DNA of 64,000 bases. It comes from an uncultured Candidatus Saccharibacteria bacterium. GTDB lineage: Bacteria > Patescibacteriota > Saccharimonadia > Saccharimonadales > CAYLGV01. The notes under the pieces were generated by a model, which had not been told where the DNA came from, did no database searches, and saw only the letters and a program-made list of their open reading frames with translations. A program made the position numbers and the translations under genes. Positions within the stretch are counted from its first letter, which is position 1; the number at the start of each line of letters is the position of its first letter. The stretch is taken from positions 4,031 through 68,030 of the forward strand of contig CAYLGV010000001.1 of NCBI GenBank assembly GCA_964383395.1, in the 5' to 3' direction. Below, in pieces: positions 14,636-23,184 of the stretch.

Positions 14636-14792
14636 CGTCGAACTCCTTCTTTGTAATATTGCTTGCTTTTCGTCGCCAAAATCGCCAACGTCGCCACTGG
14701 GCTTGCCAGATGTCTGGATAACTCCCTTTCGGCAGGTCGTAAAGCGGCGTGGCGAGAGGTGTCTCTATGAAGAGTGGATCGTCGGCGTTCAT
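14616..14792 (-). CDS. Small ORF (58 aa), Trp/Arg-rich, coupled between the Y-family fragment and umuD'
   Basis: My translation is MNADDPLFIETPLATPLYDLPKGSYPDIWQAQWRRWRFWRRKASNITKKEFDDVLQQP. It has an ATGA overlap with the upstream ORF and overlaps the umuD' start. It is below the ORF-track size cut-off. Confidence 0.3.
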   Translation of the reverse strand: MNADDPLFIETPLATPLYDLPKGSYPDIWQAQWRRWRFWRRKASNITKKEFDDVLQQP

Positions 14793-15022
14793 GATTTGCG
14801 TCCCCCGTACAGTAGGATACGTAAATCAGGGAGTAATAGCTGTGCCTCTGCCACCCGCATGCCAGCAGTAATACCGAGGTTGCGGGCTTCTTTAGAAACG
14901 GCCGTGATAACTGCTTGATTAAAACGTTTTATGCGCCGATGTCGGAGCCCCGGTTGGTAGGCAGCAAACGCCCAGGAGTGTTTGATTTGTTCTTTGGTAG
15001 CGATGTTCATTGTAAGTTGCAT
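14789..15022 (-). pseudogene. Y-family polymerase/ImuB-like N-terminal fragment (77 aa)
   Basis: AVITAVSKEARNLGITAGMRVAEAQLLLPDL matches the conserved N-terminal block of Y-family polymerases. The catalytic block and the rest of the protein are absent. It may be a remnant or a small accessory protein. Confidence 0.35.
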
Positions 15023-15075
15023 AGTAATTCCTTTCAGTTAGTTGTAGGTACGTTATCGTGACCTAAAGGTCACGT

Positions 15076-15318
15076 TTATAGGACCCGGCTGCTTAAAAGT
15101 GTCCAGGTGCGGCTGCCTGGCTCAAAGCTTAGGCGGTATAGCTTGTCGCCGTCCGTCATGTTAAAGATCTGGACTAATTCCTGCCCTTTTTGCACCAAGC
15201 AGCGCAGGCCGTTTTGTAGAAAGCTAAGCTCCCTGCCCTCGACTTCGATTTGGCTGGGAAAACAGTGCTTCTGATCAAAGTAAAAAGCAGTGACATTAAC
15301 TTCGGTGTTGTGAGACAT
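15076..15318 (-). CDS. Hypothetical protein (80 aa), first gene of the umu operon
   Basis: AAGGAG lies 7 nt upstream of ATG 15318 (MSHNTEVNV...). The track ORF extends further upstream. Confidence 0.5.
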   Translation of the reverse strand: MSHNTEVNVTAFYFDQKHCFPSQIEVEGRELSFLQNGLRCLVQKGQELVQIFNMTDGDKLYRLSFEPGSRTWTLLSSRVL

Positions 15319-15661
15319 ATACGACTCCTTTAAAGGATTTAGGGATAAATAAAGAGTCAACTGAGACAAAATGTTCAGCTGGAACGGGTTAGAAGAGGCT
15401 TTCTGGTAGACTCGTGGGGCCGTTCACCCAGGAGCAATTTATAGAGAGCTATTGTCGTATATGTGAGGCGCGCAGGGACCGCAGTGTGCTTGCCTAGTCG
15501 TGTAATAAAGCTTGAAAACGATGGCCGTTTTGCCGGGCTGGCGAAACTGGCTCATGCTCCCATAGCTGCTCTTAGTATAGTCACTCAAAGCGCTCGTGGT
15601 CAATGCTTGAATGATGTGCTTTTTGTCACAACCTGGTTACTGTAACTGAACCAGCAGTAGG

Positions 15662-16120
15662 TTATTTATTGAGCTGCAGCTGATCCAGGAACGTGGCTAA
15701 TTCTTTGGGTGTAATCTCGGCTTTCACAATGTAGCCATCGGCTTGGGCCTCGATAGCGTTGCGGCTTTCTTCGCCAAGCTCGAGATTGGTAGTAACGATG
15801 ATCTTGGCACGTAAATTAGGCGTTTCACGTACATCCCGCAGGCGACGTAGGATCTCGGTCCCCGTTAGGTTGGGCAGCATGATATCGAGTAGGATGATAT
15901 CGTAGATATCGGCCTTAGATTTAGCCTCTTGGAGAGCATCTTGGCCGTCGATAACAACCTTAACGTTATAGCCAGCTTTAGTGAGAGAGCGAATGTACAA
16001 TTCACTAATAAAAGGCTCATCTTCGATAATGAGTACGTGCTTACTAGCGTTATCACGCGGGGCTGCGGTGGCATCCTGAGGTGGAGTTTGTTCTGATGGG
16101 GGTGTTTGGTTCTCGTCCAT
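15662..16120 (-). CDS. Single-domain (receiver-only) response regulator
   Basis: VLIIEDEPF...DIILLDIMLPNLTG...IIVTTN. No output domain is present. Confidence 0.85.
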   Translation of the reverse strand: MDENQTPPSEQTPPQDATAAPRDNASKHVLIIEDEPFISELYIRSLTKAGYNVKVVIDGQDALQEAKSKADIYDIILLDIMLPNLTGTEILRRLRDVRETPNLRAKIIVTTNLELGEESRNAIEAQADGYIVKAEITPKELATFLDQLQLNK

Positions 16121-16123
16121 TGG

Positions 16124-17665
16124 TTACCTTCTATAGATTGAATGGTTCTTTATCCAGCCATGGGCAGTGCGCACCATGTCTTCACTATTATTGCCAGTTT
16201 TGAGCTCATCGGCAAGTTGACTGTAGGGTTCTAAGGTAAAAGCAACTGTTGTACCCTCACCTTCCTTGGATTGTACCCAGATGTCGCCGCCATGGGCATT
16301 GACGATAACTTTACTGAGGTAGAGGCCAAGCCCAGTGCCACTGATAGTATCCCGATTACGGTGGTTACGGTGGAACTTCTCAAACAATGTTGGCAAAACG
16401 CTGGTAGGTATACCAAGGCCTTTGTCGATAACACTTACTTCGATGAGTTTTTCCTTGTTTAAGCTCACCTTAACGATGATACTTTTACTTTTGCCACTGT
16501 ATTTCAAGGCATTATCAATCAGATTGGAGATAACTTCGTAAATGGTCACTCGGTCAGCTGCAACGGTTGGTAGGCCCTCGGCAATATCGTATGAGACCTC
16601 TTTGCCAGTAGCACGAGCGCGTTCGGTCATATCGTTGCCGACGTGCTTAACGATGGCACCAATGTCTTCCTCGGCCAGCTTTACAGCCAGCTGATTCTCT
16701 TCAATACGAGCAACATTTAAAATGGTATTTACAAACGAAGTTAGCTGGTCGGCAGAGGCACGCAGGCGCCCCATGAAGGTGGTCATTTCGGGGTCGAGCT
16801 TGTCATGGAGTTCATCTTCGAACACTTCAATAAGGCCACGCATGAGGGTGAGCGGCGTACGAAGTTCATGTACTGCAAGGGCGATGAAGCTGAGCGACTC
16901 ATCATCTTGGCTGTACTCTTCGGTGCGGTCAAAGATCGTCACAATAAATTCGATGCCTGTCGGGTTATCGCGGTTATAGTAACCTGCCATGTCAACCTGG
17001 CGATATTCTTCTGGGTTATCTTTGTATAGCACACGAGCACGGCGCCAGTAGGCTGTGTCGGTGGCTTTGTTCTTGGTACAGTCCACAATCCAACTCTCTA
17101 GAGTAAAATCACTGGGAAATTCCAGGTCGATTGCCTCAAAGATTGGTTTACCGAATAACTCCGAACTTTCTTTTCGTATAAAGCTAATTGCCGAATCACT
17201 GGCAAAGGTTATGAGCTGTTCTTTGTTGAATACGAACAGTGGTAACGGTAGTCTGGTTAAGATGTTGCTAGCTTGAGTGGCTTCACGTTTATGCTCAGCG
17301 AGTAGCTTGTTGTTCTGTACATTACTTATCTGATAGAGCTGGTAGACCATGCTGGTTACGTACTGGTGCCCAATCTTAAGGCCATCTGTTTGAGGCGCAG
17401 CACTAGGCGTTTCGGTCGGTGATAAATGCATAATGGCATCGCCAAATGCTTTGAGAGGTATGCTGGCATAGTGTGCGGCCACGAGGGATGTTGCCCAGGC
17501 ATTTACACAGCTTAAGACTACGAACAGTCCTAACGCAAGCTGGGGACTCAAGGAGCCACTTTTGTAGGCAGCGAGACTTAGGCCGGCGGTGGCAAGCTGC
17601 AAGAAAGTCGCTAAGAGCCATATACGGTTTCGGATCTGGCCTGTTGCTTGTTTTAAGTGTTCCAC
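16124..17665 (-). CDS. Sensor histidine kinase
   Basis: H-box AVHELRTPLT and ATP-lid GTGLGLYLSK, with N-terminal transmembrane segments. Confidence 0.88.
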   Translation of the reverse strand: MEHLKQATGQIRNRIWLLATFLQLATAGLSLAAYKSGSLSPQLALGLFVVLSCVNAWATSLVAAHYASIPLKAFGDAIMHLSPTETPSAAPQTDGLKIGHQYVTSMVYQLYQISNVQNNKLLAEHKREATQASNILTRLPLPLFVFNKEQLITFASDSAISFIRKESSELFGKPIFEAIDLEFPSDFTLESWIVDCTKNKATDTAYWRRARVLYKDNPEEYRQVDMAGYYNRDNPTGIEFIVTIFDRTEEYSQDDESLSFIALAVHELRTPLTLMRGLIEVFEDELHDKLDPEMTTFMGRLRASADQLTSFVNTILNVARIEENQLAVKLAEEDIGAIVKHVGNDMTERARATGKEVSYDIAEGLPTVAADRVTIYEVISNLIDNALKYSGKSKSIIVKVSLNKEKLIEVSVIDKGLGIPTSVLPTLFEKFHRNHRNRDTISGTGLGLYLSKVIVNAHGGDIWVQSKEGEGTTVAFTLEPYSQLADELKTGNNSEDMVRTAHGWIKNHSIYRR

Positions 17666-17681
17666 CCCTGCATATGCCTTT

Positions 17682-18902
17682 CTATGGTGTGTATTTCACG
17701 AGTGATGGGTTGCCGACTGCGGTAATCCAGGTTTGACCAGCATTTATGCCGAGCGGTGCTCCATTAGCGTCGCCAAAGCGTATTTGAGCTGTTTCGCTCT
17801 CCTTAGACCAGGTACCTTCTACGACAGTACCATCTTGGAAGATGTAGGCTTTGCCATTTCCGATCATATTATAAGAGGTATGGATGCCGTCTGGATCAAT
17901 ACCCTGAGGGGTAACAATGGCAATAACTACCTTAGGATTGAGTTGTGCGCCAGATTTCTCATCGATATGTGGCTTACCACCTTCGCTGCGCTTGTATGAA
18001 TTAGTCGTTGCATCGTAATCATAGTGAGCATAGTATAGTGGGCTGCTGATAGTGAAGTCGATTGATTTTGCGGTAGGTGTGGCGGCTGGCGCCTCGGCTT
18101 TACGAGCAAAACCGGTGAAATTACTGGTTGTGAAGCCCTTTGACTTTTCGAGTTCTAAGAGCTTAGGCACAGAAGTATACATATTATGAGGTGCATAGCG
18201 TTGCGAGATGCGCCAGTACGGCCCAGTGTTAAAGAATTGGTCAAGATCTTTGTAGCCTGGTGAGCGGATCATTTGCAGCGCTTCGGCGCTACCACCGACG
18301 TGCGCAACTGCAGCGTCAAAGCCCCTCGCCCAACGGATGTAATATGGTCGAACAGAACGTACTGGTCCAACATAGTCGGGTTGACTCTCTTGGAATAGGG
18401 TTAAGAAGCGAGTGATACCACCTTCGGCAATGGCTTCGAAGACGACACCTGCAGCGTTTAAGCCAGATTGTGGCCTCGCATCAGGGCTGTTCTCGATCAT
18501 AATGCCAGTTACGGGTGTTTGATTGGTGCCGATTGGGACTTGGACGCCAGTTAATGTTGAGGCTTCGGTTGTTGGCTTCGGTGGCTCCTCTTTAACTTCT
18601 TGTTTTTGAACGGTAACTGTTTTTGTTGTTGTTTTCTTGAAGAATACGGTATATACGCCTGTTGCAGCTGCGCCGATGAGAATCACGATGCCGATGATGA
18701 TGAGAATCTTTTGCCAACCAGCTCGGTCTTGCCACCAATCTCCTATTGCACCAAAGAATGCAGCTAGCTTGCCCTTCTTATGACTAGGTCGTTTGTAAGC
18801 ATTTTGACTCTGCTTTTCATCTTCGCGGGACATATCGACGATATCTTCGTCGGCAGCAATCTTTTCGGGTGGTTCAAAGGTGGGTTCTTGGTCTCGTTCC
18901 AT
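17682..18902 (-). CDS. DUF3048 (YerB-like) membrane-anchored protein
   Basis: One transmembrane segment, then ENSPDARPQSGL...GITRFLTLFQ...VGPVRSVRPYY, typical of DUF3048. Confidence 0.6.
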   Translation of the reverse strand: MERDQEPTFEPPEKIAADEDIVDMSREDEKQSQNAYKRPSHKKGKLAAFFGAIGDWWQDRAGWQKILIIIGIVILIGAAATGVYTVFFKKTTTKTVTVQKQEVKEEPPKPTTEASTLTGVQVPIGTNQTPVTGIMIENSPDARPQSGLNAAGVVFEAIAEGGITRFLTLFQESQPDYVGPVRSVRPYYIRWARGFDAAVAHVGGSAEALQMIRSPGYKDLDQFFNTGPYWRISQRYAPHNMYTSVPKLLELEKSKGFTTSNFTGFARKAEAPAATPTAKSIDFTISSPLYYAHYDYDATTNSYKRSEGGKPHIDEKSGAQLNPKVVIAIVTPQGIDPDGIHTSYNMIGNGKAYIFQDGTVVEGTWSKESETAQIRFGDANGAPLGINAGQTWITAVGNPSLVKYTP

Positions 18903-18989
18903 ATCTGTTTTTAGCCAGTCTCATGCTGGCGATTCAAGCCTTATAAAATTACACTTTATTGTAACATGCTTATGCTAAGCGTGCATCAG

Positions 18990-20408
18990 TTACAGGGCAG
19001 CGATTTGTTGGCTGAGGCGACGGAGGCTAACTTCTTTGCCAAGAACAGCAAGCGTATCAGCCAAGCCTGGGCTTGATGGGGCTTGTGTAGTGGCAATACG
19101 TACAAGACTAAATAGCACTGCGGGCTTCTGGCCTGTTGCTTCAAGTAGATCGTTGAGGCGTGTCTGTAAATCGTCCGTGTTGAAATCACTAGCTTCAAGA
19201 CTGCTCTGAGCTTGCTCCAGAAGTGTCTTTATTTCACTCATCTCTAGCTTCTTGAGTTGTTTGTGACCTGTAATAAGCTCAGGGTTGATGGGTAGATCTT
19301 CAAAGAAGAAATTAGTGAGCTCTGGCAGTTCGGCAAAATACTTGAGGCGTTCCTGGACGAGTTCTAGCACCTGTTTTTTATAGCTGTCGTCGTAATTGTG
19401 AGCTGTCCCTGGCCAATAATTCGCTACTTTCTCATAAAGTTCATCGATAGGCAGTTCACGGATGAAGGTTCCGTTAACCCAAAGCAAGCGACGTTCGTCG
19501 AAGGCTGCGCCTGATTTGCCAATACGACTTAAGCTAAATTTTTCGATTAATTCGTTGCGAGTAAAGATTTCTTGCTCAGTACCGTCGTTCCATCCTAGTG
19601 TAGCAATAAAACTAACCATAGCTTCTGGTAAGTAACCATCTCTGATGTAATCCAAAACGTCTTTAGCCCCATCGCGCTTACTGAGCTTCTTTTTACCATC
19701 AGGGCCCATAATATGTGGTAGCGTTGCTAAAATTGGACGTTCTACGCTCAGCGCTTCGTACAAGTTGAGATAGTTTGGTGTGCTGGCAAGGAACTCCTGA
19801 CCGCGCATTACATGTGTAACGTTCATTTCTGCGTCATCGACGATGTGTGCGAAATTATACGTTGGATAGCCGTCAGACTTAATAAGAATAAAGTCATCTT
19901 GTGTTTCAGGCCCAGCTTTTAGTTCGCCCATAACGGCGTCTTCCCATTCCCAAGCCCGAGGATCTGCCTTAAGGCGTAATGGCGTTGTTCCGTCCCATGC
20001 TGGAGGATTCTCTGGGCGATGGTTACGGTACAAAAATGGTTTTTTGTCTTTTTGTGCTTGCTCTCGAAATGCCTGGACTTCTTCTGGTGTATACGGATCA
20101 GCATAGGCTAATCCTTTATCGATCAGTTTTTGAGCATATACTTTATAAATATCGAGGTTTTGGCTTTGGCGGATGGGGCCTTCATCAAAATCAAGCCCTA
20201 AGGCTAGTAAGCTGTCTACGATATGTTGATCAGCACCAACAACTTCTCGGGCTTTGTCGGTATCCTCTAGCCGTAGGATAAATTTTCCACCACCCTGGCG
20301 AGCGACGAGCCATGCAAAGAGCCCAGTGCGAATACCGCCAACATGCAGATAGCCAGTTGGACTAGGCGCAAAACGAGTGCGAGGAACGGGATTAGTTTCA
20401 GGAACCAT
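18990..20408 (-). CDS. gltX: Glutamyl-tRNA synthetase
   Basis: RFAPSPTGYLHVGG (HIGH) and KLSKRDG (KMSKS). Confidence 0.92.
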   Translation of the reverse strand: MVPETNPVPRTRFAPSPTGYLHVGGIRTGLFAWLVARQGGGKFILRLEDTDKAREVVGADQHIVDSLLALGLDFDEGPIRQSQNLDIYKVYAQKLIDKGLAYADPYTPEEVQAFREQAQKDKKPFLYRNHRPENPPAWDGTTPLRLKADPRAWEWEDAVMGELKAGPETQDDFILIKSDGYPTYNFAHIVDDAEMNVTHVMRGQEFLASTPNYLNLYEALSVERPILATLPHIMGPDGKKKLSKRDGAKDVLDYIRDGYLPEAMVSFIATLGWNDGTEQEIFTRNELIEKFSLSRIGKSGAAFDERRLLWVNGTFIRELPIDELYEKVANYWPGTAHNYDDSYKKQVLELVQERLKYFAELPELTNFFFEDLPINPELITGHKQLKKLEMSEIKTLLEQAQSSLEASDFNTDDLQTRLNDLLEATGQKPAVLFSLVRIATTQAPSSPGLADTLAVLGKEVSLRRLSQQIAAL

Positions 20409-20427
20409 AATGCCCTATTGTAACAGA

Positions 20428-21471
20428 TTACAGCGAGGCTGCGATATTGAGGAGTTGATCGCTGTTGAGCTGTGATTCACCTTCGATACGGTACCAAATG
20501 CCACCATCTACCCAAGTAGCATTGCTGCCATCGTAGATGTACACGGTTTTGCCACGGTCTTGAATGGTTTGGTTGTTTGGGTGATTAACGGCAACATAGC
20601 TGTCCATCAAGGCTTGGCTGTTCCATTCAGAAACATTCTGCATAATTTTGAAATTGCGGTTATCACTGTTTGATTTATACGAAATGGTTATTTGGCCTGG
20701 GTTATAGGCAATGCCACCTGCAACACCAAAACCAGCTGGCTGGTAACTAGGTAGATTGCCCTTGATCCCTGCCCGTGATGACGCGATACGCATGCCAATG
20801 TTGGTTACGTTCTGATACGCAAAGAAACCTACAACAAGAAGTAATGCGACAGCGAAACCACCGAAGCTTACTTGGCGAGGTGTAAGGTGTAATTTGCGAG
20901 CCACTCTTGCTGAGCGCTTCTCCTTCTTAAGTCTTTTCCCTGAGGTTGTTGGGGCATCTGCGAGGGCTTTATCGATAATACTAGTTTTGGTTGCTGTAAC
21001 ACTTGACGCAGCGGCTGTAGCAGTGGCCTGTGTGCTGGTCTTGGGTTGTTTGACAGCTGTATTCTTATGAGACTTTGGTTGAGCAACTAAATCTGGTGAA
21101 AAACGACTGACAGCCGTACTCTTTGGAATACTTTGAGCATGGGCTAGGCGTTTTTGGTCAACATTGTTCGTATGATTGATAACTGGCTTAGCTTTGGTCG
21201 TTTGTGCCACTGGGGCGGGTTGTTTAGGTTTGGCAACCGTTTTGCGCATCAATGTCTTTGATTTCTCGGTTTTATGAGCGGTAGCTTGGTTAGGTTGTCG
21301 CAGAGGCGTGCCAGCTTTTGCCTTGGCGAAACCATCTATAGATTTGGTGGCTGAGGTGTGGTGTGGCTTCTTTTTGGATGCGGTATGAGGAACAGGACTG
21401 GCTGTAATGATCTTGCCTGTACGCGTGTCGTAGCGCTTGCCGTTTAATTCAATGACGTTTTGATTACCCAC
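20428..21471 (-). CDS. Membrane-anchored protein with a Lys/Thr/Ala-rich low-complexity linker
   Basis: 347-aa ORF with a single transmembrane segment (FGGFAVALLLVVGFFAY) and a C-terminal globular domain. Confidence 0.6.
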   Translation of the reverse strand: MGNQNVIELNGKRYDTRTGKIITASPVPHTASKKKPHHTSATKSIDGFAKAKAGTPLRQPNQATAHKTEKSKTLMRKTVAKPKQPAPVAQTTKAKPVINHTNNVDQKRLAHAQSIPKSTAVSRFSPDLVAQPKSHKNTAVKQPKTSTQATATAAASSVTATKTSIIDKALADAPTTSGKRLKKEKRSARVARKLHLTPRQVSFGGFAVALLLVVGFFAYQNVTNIGMRIASSRAGIKGNLPSYQPAGFGVAGGIAYNPGQITISYKSNSDNRNFKIMQNVSEWNSQALMDSYVAVNHPNNQTIQDRGKTVYIYDGSNATWVDGGIWYRIEGESQLNSDQLLNIAASL

Positions 21472-21577
21472 AGTAGCCTAAGAAACCTTTGGTTTTACGT
21501 GATGCATCTATCTTAACGCTAGCGCTACTAACGCGCAAGCCTCTTACTATTCCGTTCATTATTCGGTATGCTTGGTA

Positions 21578-23056
21578 ATGATGGATTTCCTTGATCCCAA
21601 TAAGAAGCGTGCTCACCGAATTCGACTATATATAGGCTATGGTTTGATGGCAGTTGCTCTGGCTATTGCTACTGTGGTATTGCTATTCGCTGCCTACGGC
21701 TATGATATTGATCGCAGCACGGGCGGAATCATTCAGAATGGCTTAATTGTGCTCGATGCACACCCTGAATCCGCCACTATATATGCTAATGGTGAACAAA
21801 AAGGTACCACTGACAGTCGCCTTCCTCTGCCAGCTGGTCAATACAAGATAGAGCTTAAGAGAGATGGCTACCGTACATGGTCACATTCACTGAATCTTGA
21901 AGGTGGCAATATTGAGCAGCTTGTGTATCCGTTCTTATTTCCAAATAATCTGATAACTAAGAATGTACAGGAGTACACTTCAGCACCTCAAGTAGCTAGT
22001 GAGAGTCCAGATCGCCATTGGCTGATTGTGTCTCAACCGACGCCAGGTGCTTTCCAGGTTTTTGATCTAAATAACAACAAGACCCCTTCGACCACGGTAA
22101 CCCTTCCAGCCGATACGGTGACTCCAACAACAGGCCCACAAAGCTACGAGGCGATTGAATGGTCAAGCGACAATGTTCACCTACTTCTTAAGCACAACTA
22201 TCAAGGTGGTGCCGAGTTTGTGGTGTTAGACCGTGAGAATCCTACTAACAGCGTGAATATCAGCAAACTATTTACAAGTGTTGCTTTTGTATCAGCGAGC
22301 TTGCGAGATAAGAAACCAGATCAATTTTACTTACACGCCGCCGAAGGTTCACTATTCTCAGCAGAAACGAAAGCGAAAGCACCTACTCTGGTCTTGCCAA
22401 AAGCTGTCCAGTATAAGTCATATCAAGCTGACACGCTTTTGTACGCATACGTACCATCTGACAATGCAACAATAGCCGAGATTCACTTCCGACAAGGCAC
22501 TCAAGATTATGTCCTTCGCAGTGTTCCAAAAGCGGATAAGTATTTACTAGATATGGCCCAGTTCGATGGCCACTTTTATGTTGCTGCCGGCAGCACCGCT
22601 GATGGGCACACGTATCTATACAAGGACCCCTTGTTAGATTATGGTCGCAAGCCAGCACGTACGCCGCAGCCTAGCCGTGTGCTGATTGTAAATGGGGCTC
22701 AGTACGTTTCCTTCTCTGCGATTGCCAGGTTTATTGCCGTTCAAGCTGGAAGCAACTTTGCAGTGTATGATGCGGAAACAGGACGACAATTTAAGTACGA
22801 TGTTAAACTGCCTCTTACTCCTGACCAAAAAGCTACCTGGATGGACGGGCATCGTCTGCTGCTAAATAGTAATGATACACAGTATGTATTTGATTTTGAC
22901 GGCACTAATATGCAGAAGCTTAACCCAGTCGTACATACCTACAAGCCATTCTTTGATCGTGATTACACAGCCATCTTTACTATCGCACCCCAGAACAATA
23001 GTGCCGAAAAGCCAGTCCTTACTCGCGGCGAACTCAAGATCTCTAACAATCAGTAG
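21578..23056 (+). CDS. PEGA domain-containing membrane protein
   Basis: An N-terminal transmembrane segment, then HPESATIYANGEQKGTTDSRLPLPAGQYKIELKRDGY (PEGA-like). The start is ambiguous among TTG 21572, ATG 21578 and ATG 21581. Confidence 0.6.
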   Translation: MMDFLDPNKKRAHRIRLYIGYGLMAVALAIATVVLLFAAYGYDIDRSTGGIIQNGLIVLDAHPESATIYANGEQKGTTDSRLPLPAGQYKIELKRDGYRTWSHSLNLEGGNIEQLVYPFLFPNNLITKNVQEYTSAPQVASESPDRHWLIVSQPTPGAFQVFDLNNNKTPSTTVTLPADTVTPTTGPQSYEAIEWSSDNVHLLLKHNYQGGAEFVVLDRENPTNSVNISKLFTSVAFVSASLRDKKPDQFYLHAAEGSLFSAETKAKAPTLVLPKAVQYKSYQADTLLYAYVPSDNATIAEIHFRQGTQDYVLRSVPKADKYLLDMAQFDGHFYVAAGSTADGHTYLYKDPLLDYGRKPARTPQPSRVLIVNGAQYVSFSAIARFIAVQAGSNFAVYDAETGRQFKYDVKLPLTPDQKATWMDGHRLLLNSNDTQYVFDFDGTNMQKLNPVVHTYKPFFDRDYTAIFTIAPQNNSAEKPVLTRGELKISNNQ

Positions 23057-23058
23057 TA

Positions 23059-23177
23059 TTTAGGCAACAAGAGCCATAACAGCTAGGGTACGGAAAGCCG
23101 CCAAAAGAACAATTGTTCTTGGCTTTCCTCCGGCAAATAAGCCGAGCCCCTAGCATTTATGGCTGTTGTTGCCTAAG
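23059..23177. repeat. ~118-nt imperfect palindrome between convergent genes
   Basis: TTAGGCAACAAGAGCCATAA (23060-23079) pairs with TTATGGCTGTTGTTGCCTAA (23157-23176). Nested pairs are GCTAGGG/CCCTAGC, GGAAAGCC/GGCTTTCC and GAAC-aatt-GTTC. Confidence 0.7.
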
Positions 23178-23184
23178 GTGTCTG

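Noticed and set aside
15361-15378. A Cheo/LexA-like box, GAACATTTTGTC on the minus strand, upstream of the umu operon.
   Set aside because: It matches the GAAC-N4-GTTC consensus only in the first half. The second half-site is wrong, and there is no second copy to support it.
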